64,000 nt of DNA. Origin: Vicugna vicugna (Eukaryota). Shown in pieces: positions 13,334-23,731 of the stretch. Below the pieces are notes generated by a model that was not told the origin of the DNA, made no database searches, and saw nothing but the letters and a program-made list of their open reading frames with translations. The translations under genes were made by a program, and so were the position numbers. The stretch's first letter is position 1, and every line of letters starts with the position of its first letter. The stretch lies in NCBI GenBank assembly GCA_013265495.1, contig MU058687.1:2482001-2546000 (forward strand), read 5' to 3'.

Positions 13334-13559
13334 CTCAGTAACAGTCAACTCATATTTGCCTTGCAAGCGGCAGTTTAGTTTCAGCAAACATCATTATCTA
13401 GTCCACGAACTTAATGAGGAATTCTATTTTATGCCTTATTGGAATTAATTTGTAAATTGGGTTTAGTTTCCTGGTTCATATAAAAATTATAAGCATAAAT
13501 AGTGTACACTTAGTTTCATGTCTGTATGTATCTAGATACTATTATATTAATACTAATTT

Positions 13560-13712
13560 GGCGGGAAGGGTATAGCTCAAGGGATAGAATGCATGCTTAG
13601 CCCATGCATGTGGTCCAAGGTTCTAGGTTCAACCCCAGTACCTCCGTTAAAAAAAACTAATAATAAATAAACCAATAGACCTAATGACCTCCCCTTCAAA
13701 ATAAAATAAAAC
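13560..13712 (+). mobile_element. tRNA-derived SINE, camelid vic-1-like, long-tail form
   Basis: gggtatagctcaagggatagaatgcatgcttagc...ggttcaaccccagtacctcc with A/B-box-like motifs, then an A-rich tail containing acctaatgacctcccc. Confidence 0.85.
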
Positions 13713-14989
13713 AATTTTTTAAATTACATGTATAAAAATAATAATTTTTAAGTTAAAAGTGGGTGTTAGCAAGAAATTTTTTATTCACTCAAGTGTCAGA
13801 AATATTGATCAAAGTCCATTAAAATGAATAATCCCACACAAGACCCTTTAGGATCTGACCCCAACCTGACTTTCCCCATCTTGAACTCCCTGCTGCAGCC
13901 AAACTGGTCTCTCCCTGCCCCTTCAGTACATTTCTTAGGGCTGCAACATTTAAAAGAGGTAATAGGAATGGAAGTACAGTGCCCACACTCCACCCCTCTA
14001 CCCTGTTCCCTAACTCCATACATCATGACTCAGAGTCCTCCTCCCCTATGGAAATGCCCCTGATCACTTCTCAGCACATACTGCTGAGTGTGTTTGATTT
14101 TATCAATTGATGCCACTCACCTCCTTGACCAGAGGGCAAGCAGTTGCAGGCAGTAAAGTTCTAAGGAATCCTATAGATCCTTCTGTCAACTTGCCTCCAC
14201 CTCCAAATTTACTCAGAGTCTCCTACCTCTTTCCCTTCTGTGCCATAAGGAAGACGTTTTCTTTCCAAGCCAGCTCCTCCACCAATGGTCCTGAGCACAA
14301 TCATCCCCACTTCTCCTGTAAATTTTGACCTATCAATTCTCCTCTTTCTGTTTTGTGTCTGTAATTTCTTTCTTTTCTCTGAACTTTCTCCTTTCACTTT
14401 GAGTATCCTCCATCCGTAAAGTAAAATAAAAATTCACTGATATGCATCAATGATGCTTTCAGCTGCATGTAACAGAAAATTCAACTAAAATGGTTTAAAT
14501 AATCATAAAATGGTTTAAACAATTATAAAATGTATTGTATACATAGATGTATACAATAAATGTAGTCATGAAAAGTCTGGATGCAGGACAGTCTCCAGGT
14601 GTCATTAAGATGAGGGTTCAGCTCTCTGTCCTCAGACTGGCTTCTCTCATTGTGGTTTTCCATGGACATCCCTTGATCAGTTTAATTGGACAACAAAGCC
14701 AAGTGTCCATCCCTGGACAATAAGTAACAATGATCAAGGGAATGCCCTGCCCTGATGGACTTAAGCTTCTGTTCTTGAGCCTATCAATGGCAGACAGGAA
14801 TGAGATTACTGTGATTGGCTTAGATTAATCAGTATCCATTTCTGGGACTCTGAATCAAAAAGGTTTCATTGGGGTAGGACAGAAGCCTTAACAAAACTGG
14901 GGTTCTCTCAGGAAGCAAGAAGTCGGGGAACAGAAGCTTGGAAGACAACCAACAGGCCCATCGTTCCACTTCCCTCACTCCTAGCTACT

Positions 14990-15950
14990 GTTCTCTCTCT
15001 TTTTCTCAATGCCCAGTCTTCTTTAAGGAGACATCACACTTACTGTCTTCACCACCCAGTGCATTGCGATTCAGTTTCCATTCCTGCCATTCTACTAAAA
15101 TCGCTCTAGTAAAAGTCACTGGTGTCCTAATTTGGCCCCTCTCCAGGCTCTGACACCTCCACCAACTCCCCTCTTCACACCCTTCCACCCATCACCCGAC
15201 TCATAACCTTCAGATGATCAATCCATCCTCTCCCACAACATGCCCCTCCTCACTCAGCAATGGTTATTCCACAATCATTTCTTAAGCATCTACATCTGCC
15301 AATTCAGTATATCCAGCACATAATACTTTGCAAATTACTCTTGAATGCATGGTTTAGTCTCCTCATTTTTCAACTCCACCACTGTGATAACTTACCAACT
15401 GGTCCCTCCACTTCACGTCTCTCCCCATCAGCAATCTGTCTTTCTTGCTCACAAGTGTGATCGCACCAAATGCAAGTCTGATCATCACAGGCCCCTGCTT
15501 CCATTTCTCTTGCAAGAGAAAGCCCCAAATCCCCAGAGTGGCATTCAGGGCTATGGTAATCAGGTCTCACCAACCTCTTTGTCTGTAGCCCATCCCTTCC
15601 CCTCATATTTTAAGCTCTAAACATAATGAACTACTCTTTTCCAAACACACTATGAGCTTTCTTAATTTGGAGTTTTGCTCATATTCCATTTTTAACTAAA
15701 ATGTCCTCTTCTACTCATTTTTCAAAACATAGGCTCCACCTCACCTCCACAGTGAAGTCTTCTCCAAGGCCAAATCAAGCACATCCTTTGTGGCCCCAGA
15801 GCACTCTGTCCATATCAATAATAAGACATTGTCAGAATGCATCACAGTTAGGTTAATAATCACAAATTCTTGCAGGAATTTCTAAATCATTATTCTGTAC
15901 TAAGCACAAATTCCTGGCAATACATGGGCAATATACGATTGAACAATTGA
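14990..15950 (+). mobile_element. Degenerate L2 LINE
   Basis: Pyrimidine-rich L2-like strings (ataacttaccaactggtccc, aaatgcaagtctgatcatcac) ending attgaacaattgaactgaa; boundaries approximate. Confidence 0.6.
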
Positions 15951-16163
15951 ACTGAACTAATTATTTCAACCTCCCCATTTTACAGATAGGGAAACTGAGA
16001 GGTAAAGAGGAAGTGACTCACAATGGTCATTCTGTGTATGTAATCATCATTCTTTTGCTGCAAGTAGGGAAAAAAAGGGAATTTTTTGGCTCACTGAAAT
16101 GAAATTTCTCTCTTCAAGCACAATTTCTGTCTAAAGATTCAAAAAGCATCAAGACCCAGTTTT

Positions 16164-16279
16164 GGGGGGTTAGGTATAGCTCAGTGGTATAGTGCATGCT
16201 TAGCATGCATGAGGTCCTGGGTTCAATCCCCAGTACCACCATTAAATTTTTTTTAATAAGTAAAACTTAAAAAAAAAAA
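16164..16279 (+). mobile_element. tRNA-derived SINE, vic-1-like, short form
   Basis: ggtatagctcagtggtatagtgcatgcttagcatgcatgaggtcctgggttcaatccccagtacc, poly-A, perfect 13-bp TSD aagacccagtttt (16151-16163 and 16280-16292). Confidence 0.95.
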
Positions 16280-16597
16280 AAGACCCAGTTTTTTTTTTTT
16301 AGCTCTGCTCCCCTCTCTGCTGGCTTCATTCTCTGATCCTATGTCAGAACAAAGCGGTTGCCAACAGCTCCAGCCTAAACTACTCCACACCCAGGTTTAT
16401 ATCAGTAGAAAACAGAACAACGTTTGATGTTCATTTAAGCAAAAATCCCAACACTTGTTCTAATTACAACTTGAGTCACATATAGTACCATGACTGGTCA
16501 GTTGTAGGTCACACATCCATCCATGGAGCTATGGATAGAATCAATTCCACCAAAGCATGTGAACTGCAAATTGGAAAGAGTAATTCCCTCTGGGAAA

Positions 16598-16805
16598 ACA
16601 CTGTCCAATAGTGCTTCCTATGGTGATGAAAATATTCATATCTGTGTCGTCCAGTACGGCAGCCACTAACCACAAGTGGCTACTGAGCACTCATAATGTG
16701 GCCAGTGTAGATGAAAAACTGAATTTTTAACTTTAACTTTAATTAATTTATATTTAAGTTTAAATAGCAACATGTACCAAGTGGCTACTACACTGGACAG
16801 CACAG
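16598..16805. mobile_element. hAT MITE, MER3-like
   Basis: ctgtccaatag...gtggctactgagcact...ctggacagcacag with inverted termini. Confidence 0.8.
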
Positions 16806-18053
16806 CGGTAGGAGAGAGACAGGCAGGAATTCTGCACAGTCCTATACAGAAGCCTCTAGCCGCGTATGGCTATTGCTTCACAAGGAATATCTACACCCTG
16901 GCTACTGTAAATGTGAAGTTCTCAAAAGCCCTATGAGGATGGACTGCTTCGGAATAGCCTGGATGTTTCGTTTTTTAAATCCAGATTTTCAAGTTTACTT
17001 CAATATGAGATGTTCTGATTATCACTAGACCAGAAGTAGGACCTGGGAATTTTTATTTTAAATCTCCTTGAGTCATTGGGATGCACAGCCAAGTTTAAGA
17101 CGTAGTGCTGTTAGAGACATGAGTTTCTGGAGAGCAGTTAGTGGCATTCCTGTGGCCATAACATTATTTTGAGTCTCAGAGTTCTCAAAGTAGGAGAGTG
17201 CAGAAGTCTTCCTTCCTTCCATCCTTCCATTAGCCATACCTTGAACATCTCCTAAGTATAATTTGCTGTGTTAGATACCTTACATCACTGTTTCATTCAT
17301 TCATACATTCATTAAATATCTTCTATGTGCCAATTGCTCAGCTCCAGAAATTAAAAAATTGAACAAGAAAGACAGGGTCTTTTCCCATCTGGAAAGTAAG
17401 ACAATATTGATGAACTATTTCACTAAACTATGGGTGTTTAGAAATGGAAAGTGCAAAGCAGGGGCTCCAACACATCTAGAGGAAGCCTTGCTGATGTTAA
17501 GGTGAGACTGGAGGATGAGGCATAGTGAGGGGGCTGGGGTGAGAGGGTGTGTGGTCCAGGAAGAGGGACCAACAGAAGGTTTGAGGTAGAGGTGTGACCT
17601 GCTCAGATTTCCATTTTCAAAAGATCCCTGTGCTGAACCAAGTGGCCCAGCTTCCTCTCACAAGTGGCATCCACTGCTCCCTAACTCCACCTCTGTCTGC
17701 ATTTCATATCCTTACTCCCCAAAAGAGATTCTGATCAGGTCAGTTTATCACAATCCAATACAGAGCATCCAGGGGCAGTCATATGCCAGGCTCCTCATGG
17801 GCCTTCCCTGTGATCACTGTCTCCTAAGGACCACCTTTTCCTTGGTCACTGATTCCTGCTTTCAGGACACAAGACATGGCCACTTCATTCAGACTGATGA
17901 GGACTTAGGGTTTCAGGTAACTCCAGGACAGCCACTGGAGCTAAGCAGAGATGACTGAGGTTAGAGGATGATTGCTTTTAGAGATTCTCTCAGGTCACTG
18001 ACCAGGCAAAGAACTAGAACCAGAACTTTCCACACTTACTCCAGCTTTGTTTT

Positions 18054-18161
18054 ATTTTTTTTGTTGTTGTCTTTTTTTTTTAATGGAGATACTGGGGATT
18101 GAACCCAGGATTCTGTGCAGCCTAAGCACACGCTCTACCACTGAGCTATACCCTCCCACGT
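18054..18161 (-). mobile_element. tRNA-derived SINE, vic-1-like, short form
   Basis: actggggattgaacccagg...ctctaccactgagctataccctccc, T-rich tail, 11-bp TSD agctttgtttt (18043-18053 and 18162-18172). Confidence 0.95.
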
Positions 18162-18196
18162 AGCTTTGTTTTCTGAGGAAAGAGAAAGAAAGTCTT

Positions 18197-19683
18197 TCAG
18201 AAGAATAAAGTTAGAGGACACCATCTGATTTCAAGACTCATCGTAAAGCTACAGTAGTCAGTACAGTATGATCCTGGCATCAATATAGAGAAATAGATCA
18301 ATGAAACAGAATAGAGAATCCATAAATAGATCTGCACATGTGAACAGCTGATTTTTGAAAAGAATAAAAATGCAATTTGGTGGAGAGAATATAGTCTTTT
18401 AAACAAATGGTGCTGGAACAATTGAATATTCACATGGATAAAAACTGAACTTCAATCCATACCTCCCATCATATCCAAAAATTAACTCAAAATAGATCAT
18501 AGACCTAAATGTAAAACCTAAATCTATAAAGCTTCTAAAAGAAAACCTATGAAAAGCCTTTGTGATCTAGGTTGACAAAGTTTTTTTTTTTTTAGATAAA
18601 ACACCAAAAGTATGATCCTTTAAAATTTTTTTAAAAAGATAAGTTGGACATTGTCAAAATAAAAAAACTTTCAGTCTTTGAAAGACACTGTTAAGAGAAT
18701 GAAAAGGCAAGCCACAAACTAGGAGAAAATATTTGTAATCAGATATCTGATAAAGGAAATGTGTTCAAAACTCAATAATAAGAAAATGAAGAAGACAATA
18801 AAAAAATTAGCAAAATATTTGAACACATATTTTAGCAAAGAAGATATACAGATGGCAAATAAGCACACAAAAAAGATGTTCAACTATCTTTAGTTGAAAA
18901 CTAAACTATTATTATTAGTCACTAATGATAATTAATGAAACCTAAATGATTATTAGTCATTAGGAAAATGCATGTTAAGATCACCCACCTATTAAAATAT
19001 CTAAATTTAAATTTAAAGGAATGACCATAGCCTATGTTGGCAAGAATGTGGTGCAAATGGAATGCTCAACCAGTTTGGAAAACAGTCTGGTAGTTTCTAA
19101 AATCAACCAAACAGAAAACCATATACCTAATATTTGACCCAGCCACTTTACTCCTAGATATTTACAGAAGAGAAATGAAAATATATGTTCATACAAAGGC
19201 TTGTAAATGAATGTTCATAGAAGCTTTATTTATAATAAACAAAAAATGGAAACAACCCAATGTCATCAGCAGGTGAATGGAGAAATAAATTCTAGTACAT
19301 ACAATGAAATACTCCCTAGCAATGGAATGGAATGGACTTCTCCTGCATATTTAAATGAATCACAAAATAATTATGCTGAGTGAAAGAGTAAGACAAAAAA
19401 GAATATGTACTGTATGTTTTCATTTATGTAGAGTTCTGGAAAATGCAAACTAATCTATAGTGACAAAAAGCAGATAGCTGATTGGCTGGAGATGGGGTGA
19501 GGAAGAGAGGGACAGAAGGGGATGATACGAAAGGGCATAAGGAAACTTAGGTAGAGTGGACAACGGATATATTCATTATCTTGATTGTGGTGATGGTTTC
19601 ATGGGTATATAAATACGTTGAAACATCAAATTGCACACTTTAAATGTGTGTCATTTTTTTATACATCAGTAAAATTATTTTTA
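18197..19683 (+). mobile_element. Old L1 (L1MC/L1MD-like), decayed ORF2 3' part and 3' UTR
   Basis: L1 ORF2 remnants (aacaaatggtgctggaacaattg, aaaattaactcaaaatagatcatagacctaaatgtaaaac) and 3' UTR (cattatcttgattgtggtgatggtttcatggg); no intact frame. Confidence 0.9.
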
Positions 19684-20161
19684 TTTGTCTTTTCCTGCCT
19701 GACTTATTGTCATTTATATGTGGAATCTGAAAAGTAGAACAAATGGATCTCCCCTTCTCCCAGCCTGGGAGGCTGGCGAGCCACGAGTCGCTGGGCGCGC
19801 GGCACTTTCTCGGCGCGCCTCGCACGGGCTTAGCTGGTGGACAGCTTGGCCAGCAGCTGCGAGGGCTAGACCCCAGGGATGAGGTGCTCAGGGGAGATGC
19901 GAGCCCCGCGGGTCTCCCTCTGACCTGTCGCTGAAGCACGCCCCCCGCCCCAGGCCCAGCATGTGCCTGTCGGTGCAGAGGGCGCTGCTGGCAGCTGGCT
20001 TTGCCCTGGCTCTGGTGCTGGTGGTCCAGCTAGGGCAGCAGGTGCTGGAGTGCCAGGAGGTGCTGGGAGGCCCACAGGGCCCCCAACAAGCCATGCAGCC
20101 AGAGCAGGAGGACCTGGTGACGGTGGGCGCGGACCACGTGTAGTACGACTACGGCAAGGCC

Positions 20162-21085
20162 ATGCTGCTCATCTTCGTGGGGGTCGTGCCCCGGAGCGGC
20201 ACTACACTGATGCGCGCCATGCTGGACGCCCACCCCGAAGTGCGCTGTGGCGAGGAGACCTGCAACATCCCCCGCGTGCTGGCCATGCGCCAGGCCTGGT
20301 CCAAGTCCGGCCGGGAAAAGCTGCGGCTGGACGAGGCGGGTGTGACGGACAAGGTGCTGGACGCCGCCATGCAGGCCTTCATCCTGGGGGTGATCGCCAA
20401 GCACGGCGAGCCTGCCAGCGTCCTCTGCAACAAGGACCCCTTCACACTCAAGTCGTCCGTCTACCTGTCACGCCTGTTCCCCAACTCCAAGTTCCTGCTA
20501 ATGGTGCGGGACGGCTGGGCCTCCATGCCCTCCATGATCACCCGCAAGACCACCATTGCCGGCTTCGATCTCAGCAGCTACCGCGACTGCCTCACCAAGT
20601 GGAAGAAGGCCATTGAGGTGATGTATGCCCAGTGCATGGAGGTGGGCAAGGACAAATGCCTGCCCATGTACTACGAGCAGCTGGTGCTGCACCTCCGGCG
20701 CTCCCTCAAGCTCATCCTCAGCATCGCCTGGAGCGACGCCACCCTGCATCACGAGGACCTCATCGGCAAGCCCGCAGGCGTCTCCCTGTCCAAGATCGAG
20801 CGATCCATAGACCAGGTCATCAAACCCGTGAATCTGGAAGCTCTCTCCAAGTTGACCGGCCACATCCCCAGGGATGTGATGAGGGACATGGCCCAGATCG
20901 TCCCCATGCTGGCTCGGCTGGGCTACGACCCCTATGCAAACCCACCCAACTACAGCAATCCTGACCCCACTGTCGTCAACAACACACACCGGGTCTTGAA
21001 AGGGGGCTATACAACACCAGCCAATCTGAAAGGGCATTTTCAGGTGAACGAGAACAGTACCTCCTCCTGCTTAGGAAACTCATGA
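20162..21085 (+). CDS. Residual open frame of the TPST2 retrocopy (307 aa, catalytic domain without signal anchor); translation unproven
   Basis: Uninterrupted ORF from the Met equivalent to parental Met68 (context aaggccATGc) to the native stop; several damaging substitutions. Confidence 0.15.
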   Translation: MLLIFVGVVPRSGTTLMRAMLDAHPEVRCGEETCNIPRVLAMRQAWSKSGREKLRLDEAGVTDKVLDAAMQAFILGVIAKHGEPASVLCNKDPFTLKSSVYLSRLFPNSKFLLMVRDGWASMPSMITRKTTIAGFDLSSYRDCLTKWKKAIEVMYAQCMEVGKDKCLPMYYEQLVLHLRRSLKLILSIAWSDATLHHEDLIGKPAGVSLSKIERSIDQVIKPVNLEALSKLTGHIPRDVMRDMAQIVPMLARLGYDPYANPPNYSNPDPTVVNNTHRVLKGGYTTPANLKGHFQVNENSTSSCLGNS

Positions 21086-21595
21086 TTTCCAGATCTCTGC
21101 AAATGGCTTTGTTGCAGGAAGAGAAGAAACTTTGCATTCGAGTGGAAATCGGACCTCTAGTCCAAGCATATTGCTTGCTATTAATCGCCAAATCAGGACT
21201 GCTCATGAGAAACCTATTTGGATATATTTGCAAAAAGCTGAACATTGAAAACTTAACCTTAAAACACTCTATCTTAGGACAATCTTGGGTAGAGAAGCAA
21301 CAGTGTGGAAGAGTCCAGCTTTTGAAACTTAGATATTTTATGTGTTTCCCCCTCAAGAACTTCTTTTTTTTTTTTTTTTGAAGAAAGGGATTTGCCATCC
21401 TCCTTAATTTGCAGGACTGCCTTGGTGGCTTTGTTTGCCGGGACAAGGCCCACCACCTGTGCCTCTCCCGTTAACCCTTAACTTTTGAATTCAGAGAATC
21501 TATGTAAGAATTTAATATATGAGGCTTTCTTTGATTCCTCCTCAGTTCTACTCAGTTTCACAGAGGGAAAAAATACATATCATTTGAATCAACTG

Positions 21596-21647
21596 AAAAA
21601 AATAAAATAAAATAAAATAAAATAAAATAAAATAAAATAAAATAAAA
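21596..21647 (+). repeat. (AAAAT)n microsatellite derived from the retrocopy poly-A tail
   Basis: About 10 units seen directly, about 20 nt after aataca (21572-21577). Confidence 0.95.
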
Positions 21648-22605
21648 CAAATGAATGAATATAACAAAGGAGAAACAGACTCACAGATATAGAGAACAAA
21701 CTAGTGGTTAACTGGGGGGAAGGAAGGGGAAGGGGCAAAACAGAGGTAAGGGATTAAGGAACACAAACTACCATGTAAAAATAAATAAGCTACAAGGATA
21801 TATTGCACAGCACAGGGAATATAGCCAGTATTTTATAATAACTTTTAATAGAGTATAATCTATAAAAATACTGAATCACTATTTTTACAACTGAAGCTAA
21901 TATAATATTGTAAATCAACTGATTTCATACTTCAATTTTTTAAAAGTGAAACAAAATTAAAATAGTTTTTAAAAGAAGGATCCAGGAAAAACAAACCAAA
22001 ACAGGGCCTTTCTCCCCTATGTGCTCTCTGTCACTCTCATCCATCACAGAATTTACTTGCTACTGAAAAGTGGGGGCCCTGTTTGCTTCCCCCATGATCC
22101 AGTCACTTATAATTCAAGAGCAGTCTTGTGGGGGATAAGCCTGGGTGACAGAGAGAAAGAAGATGGGCAAAGGATTCTTCACCAAAGTCAAGTCAACTCC
22201 TCAGCAAAGTCCCTGGAGTCAAACAGACCTGGGTATAAATTCTGGCTTGGTGACTTCACAGTTTTTTTAATCCTTAACCTCTCTAAACCTGTCTTTCTTT
22301 ACCTGCAAATGGGATCATAATACCACAGAAAGGATGCTGGGAAGATTATGTGAGATTCTATTTGTAGAGACCTACATCAGACCTCATATGGAGTAAGTGC
22401 TTCCTCCAACCACAGAGGCAGCATCTAGAAAGGGGAAGGACCTGGACTTCAAAAATTGAAAAATTTGGGTTTTAGTCCTAACTCTGCACCAACCCCTTAA
22501 AAGATCATGAAGCCCTTCCGCATCCAGGCTGGAAAGAACAATGGACAGAACCTATCAGTTCACTCCACAAAGTTCTCGAAGCCCTCATTGAAAATTCAGT
22601 TAGAT

Positions 22606-23731
22606 CAGGAATCAGCACACTGTAGCTCTCGGGCCAAATCCAGCCCACTATCTTTTTTCTTTTTAATTGAGGTGCAGTCAGTTTATAATGTTGTGTCAAT
22701 TTCTGGTGTACAGCATAATGTTTCAGTCATACATACATACATATATTTGTTTTCATATTCTTTTTCATTATAGATTACTACAGGATATTGAATATAGTTC
22801 CCTGTGCTATAGAGTATATAAACTTACTGTTTGTCTACTTTATATATAGTAGTTAGTATCTGTAAATCTCGAACTCCCAATTTATCCCTTCCCACTCATT
22901 TCCCACCCTGGTAACCATAAGTTTGCTTTCTATGTCTGTGAGTCTGTTTTGTAGATAAAAAAAAAAAAGAACACAAATGAAGATTCCACATATAAGTGAT
23001 ATCATATGGTATTTTTCTTTCTCTTTCTGGCTTACTTCATTTAGAATGATGATCTCCAGGTCTATCCATGTTGCAGCAAATGGCATTATTTTATTCTTTT
23101 TTATGACTGAGTAGTATTCCATTGTGTTTGTGTGTGTGTGTGTATCACAACTTCTTTATCCAGTTGTCTGTTGATGGACATTTAGGTTGCTTCCATGTTT
23201 TGGCTATTTTAAATAGTGCTGCTGTGAACACTGGGGTGCATGTGTCTTTTCGAATTAGAGTTCCCTCCAGATACATGCCCAGGAGTGGGATTGCTGGATC
23301 ATATGGTAAGTCTATTTTAGTTTTTTAAGGAATCTCCATACTGTTTTCTATAATGGCTGCATCAATTTAACATTCCCACTGACAGTGTAGGAGGGCTCCC
23401 TTTCCTCCACACCCTCTCCAGCATTTATCGTTTGGAACCCACTACCTTTATTTCTACAGCCCACAAGCTAAAAATGGTTTTTACATTTTAAATGGTTGAA
23501 AAAACTTCTTTAAAGAATAACATTCTGTAACATGTGAAAATTATATAAAATTCAAATTCCATTGTCCCTTAATTAAATTAATTGAAATATAGCCACTCCC
23601 ATTTGTTTACAAGTCTGTGGCTGCTTCAAGATACAAAGTCAGAACAGAGTAGCTGCAACTCTGACCACACAACCTGCAAAGCCTAACCCTTTACTACCTG
23701 CCCTTTCACAGAACAAGTCTGCAGACTCCTG
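22606..23731. mobile_element. hAT MITE, MER58B-like, interrupted by an L1
   Basis: Terminal inverted repeats caggaatcagcacact and agtctgcagactcctg (13/16), perfect 8-bp TSD agttagat (22598-22605 and 23732-23739). Confidence 0.9.
22656..23437 (-). mobile_element. 5'-truncated younger L1 (ORF2 C-terminus plus 3' UTR)
   Basis: Minus ORF MEYYSVIKKNKIMPFAATWIDLEIIILNEVSQKEK is the L1 ORF2 C-terminus; T-rich tail; TSD cccactatcttt / cccactaccttt (22644-22655 and 23438-23449). Confidence 0.95.

Larger units (their letters stand above)
19746..21647 (+). pseudogene. TPST2: Processed (retro)pseudogene of tyrosylprotein sulfotransferase 2
   Basis: Frame 19961-21085 translates to TPST2 ([13 protein letters not shown]...[24 protein letters not shown]...[10 protein letters not shown]...[10 protein letters not shown]) with no introns, TAG at 20141-20143 (codon 61), a 3-codon deletion near 20719, a 3' UTR, an A-rich tail from 21596 and a 15-bp TSD with 2 mismatches (19731-19745 and 21639-21653). 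Confidence 0.96.
19684..21957 (+). mobile_element. Short artiodactyl-type L1 3' fragment with 5' micro-inversion, split by the TPST2 retrocopy (pieces about 19684-19745 and 21639-21957)
   Basis: catttatatgtggaatctgaaaagtagaacaaatg resumes after the retrocopy as ...aacaaatgaatgaatataacaaaggagaaacagactcacagatatagagaacaaactagtggtta; homologous to the minus-strand L1 copies at 22656 and 59578. Confidence 0.85.

Noticed and set aside
14486..14532. 20-bp tandem duplication (similar small ones near 3570, 18900 and 28520)
   Set aside because: Ordinary slippage events, mostly inside decayed repeats
16164..16240. tRNA-like sequence (also at 13560, 18054, 40733, 58001)
   Set aside because: A-rich tails, TSDs and multiple diverged copies show these are SINEs, not tRNA genes
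19963..21037. Long alternative-frame and antisense ORFs (217 aa, 124 aa, 179 aa and others) over the TPST2 retrocopy
   Set aside because: Shadows of GC-rich coding sequence with few stops; no recognisable protein
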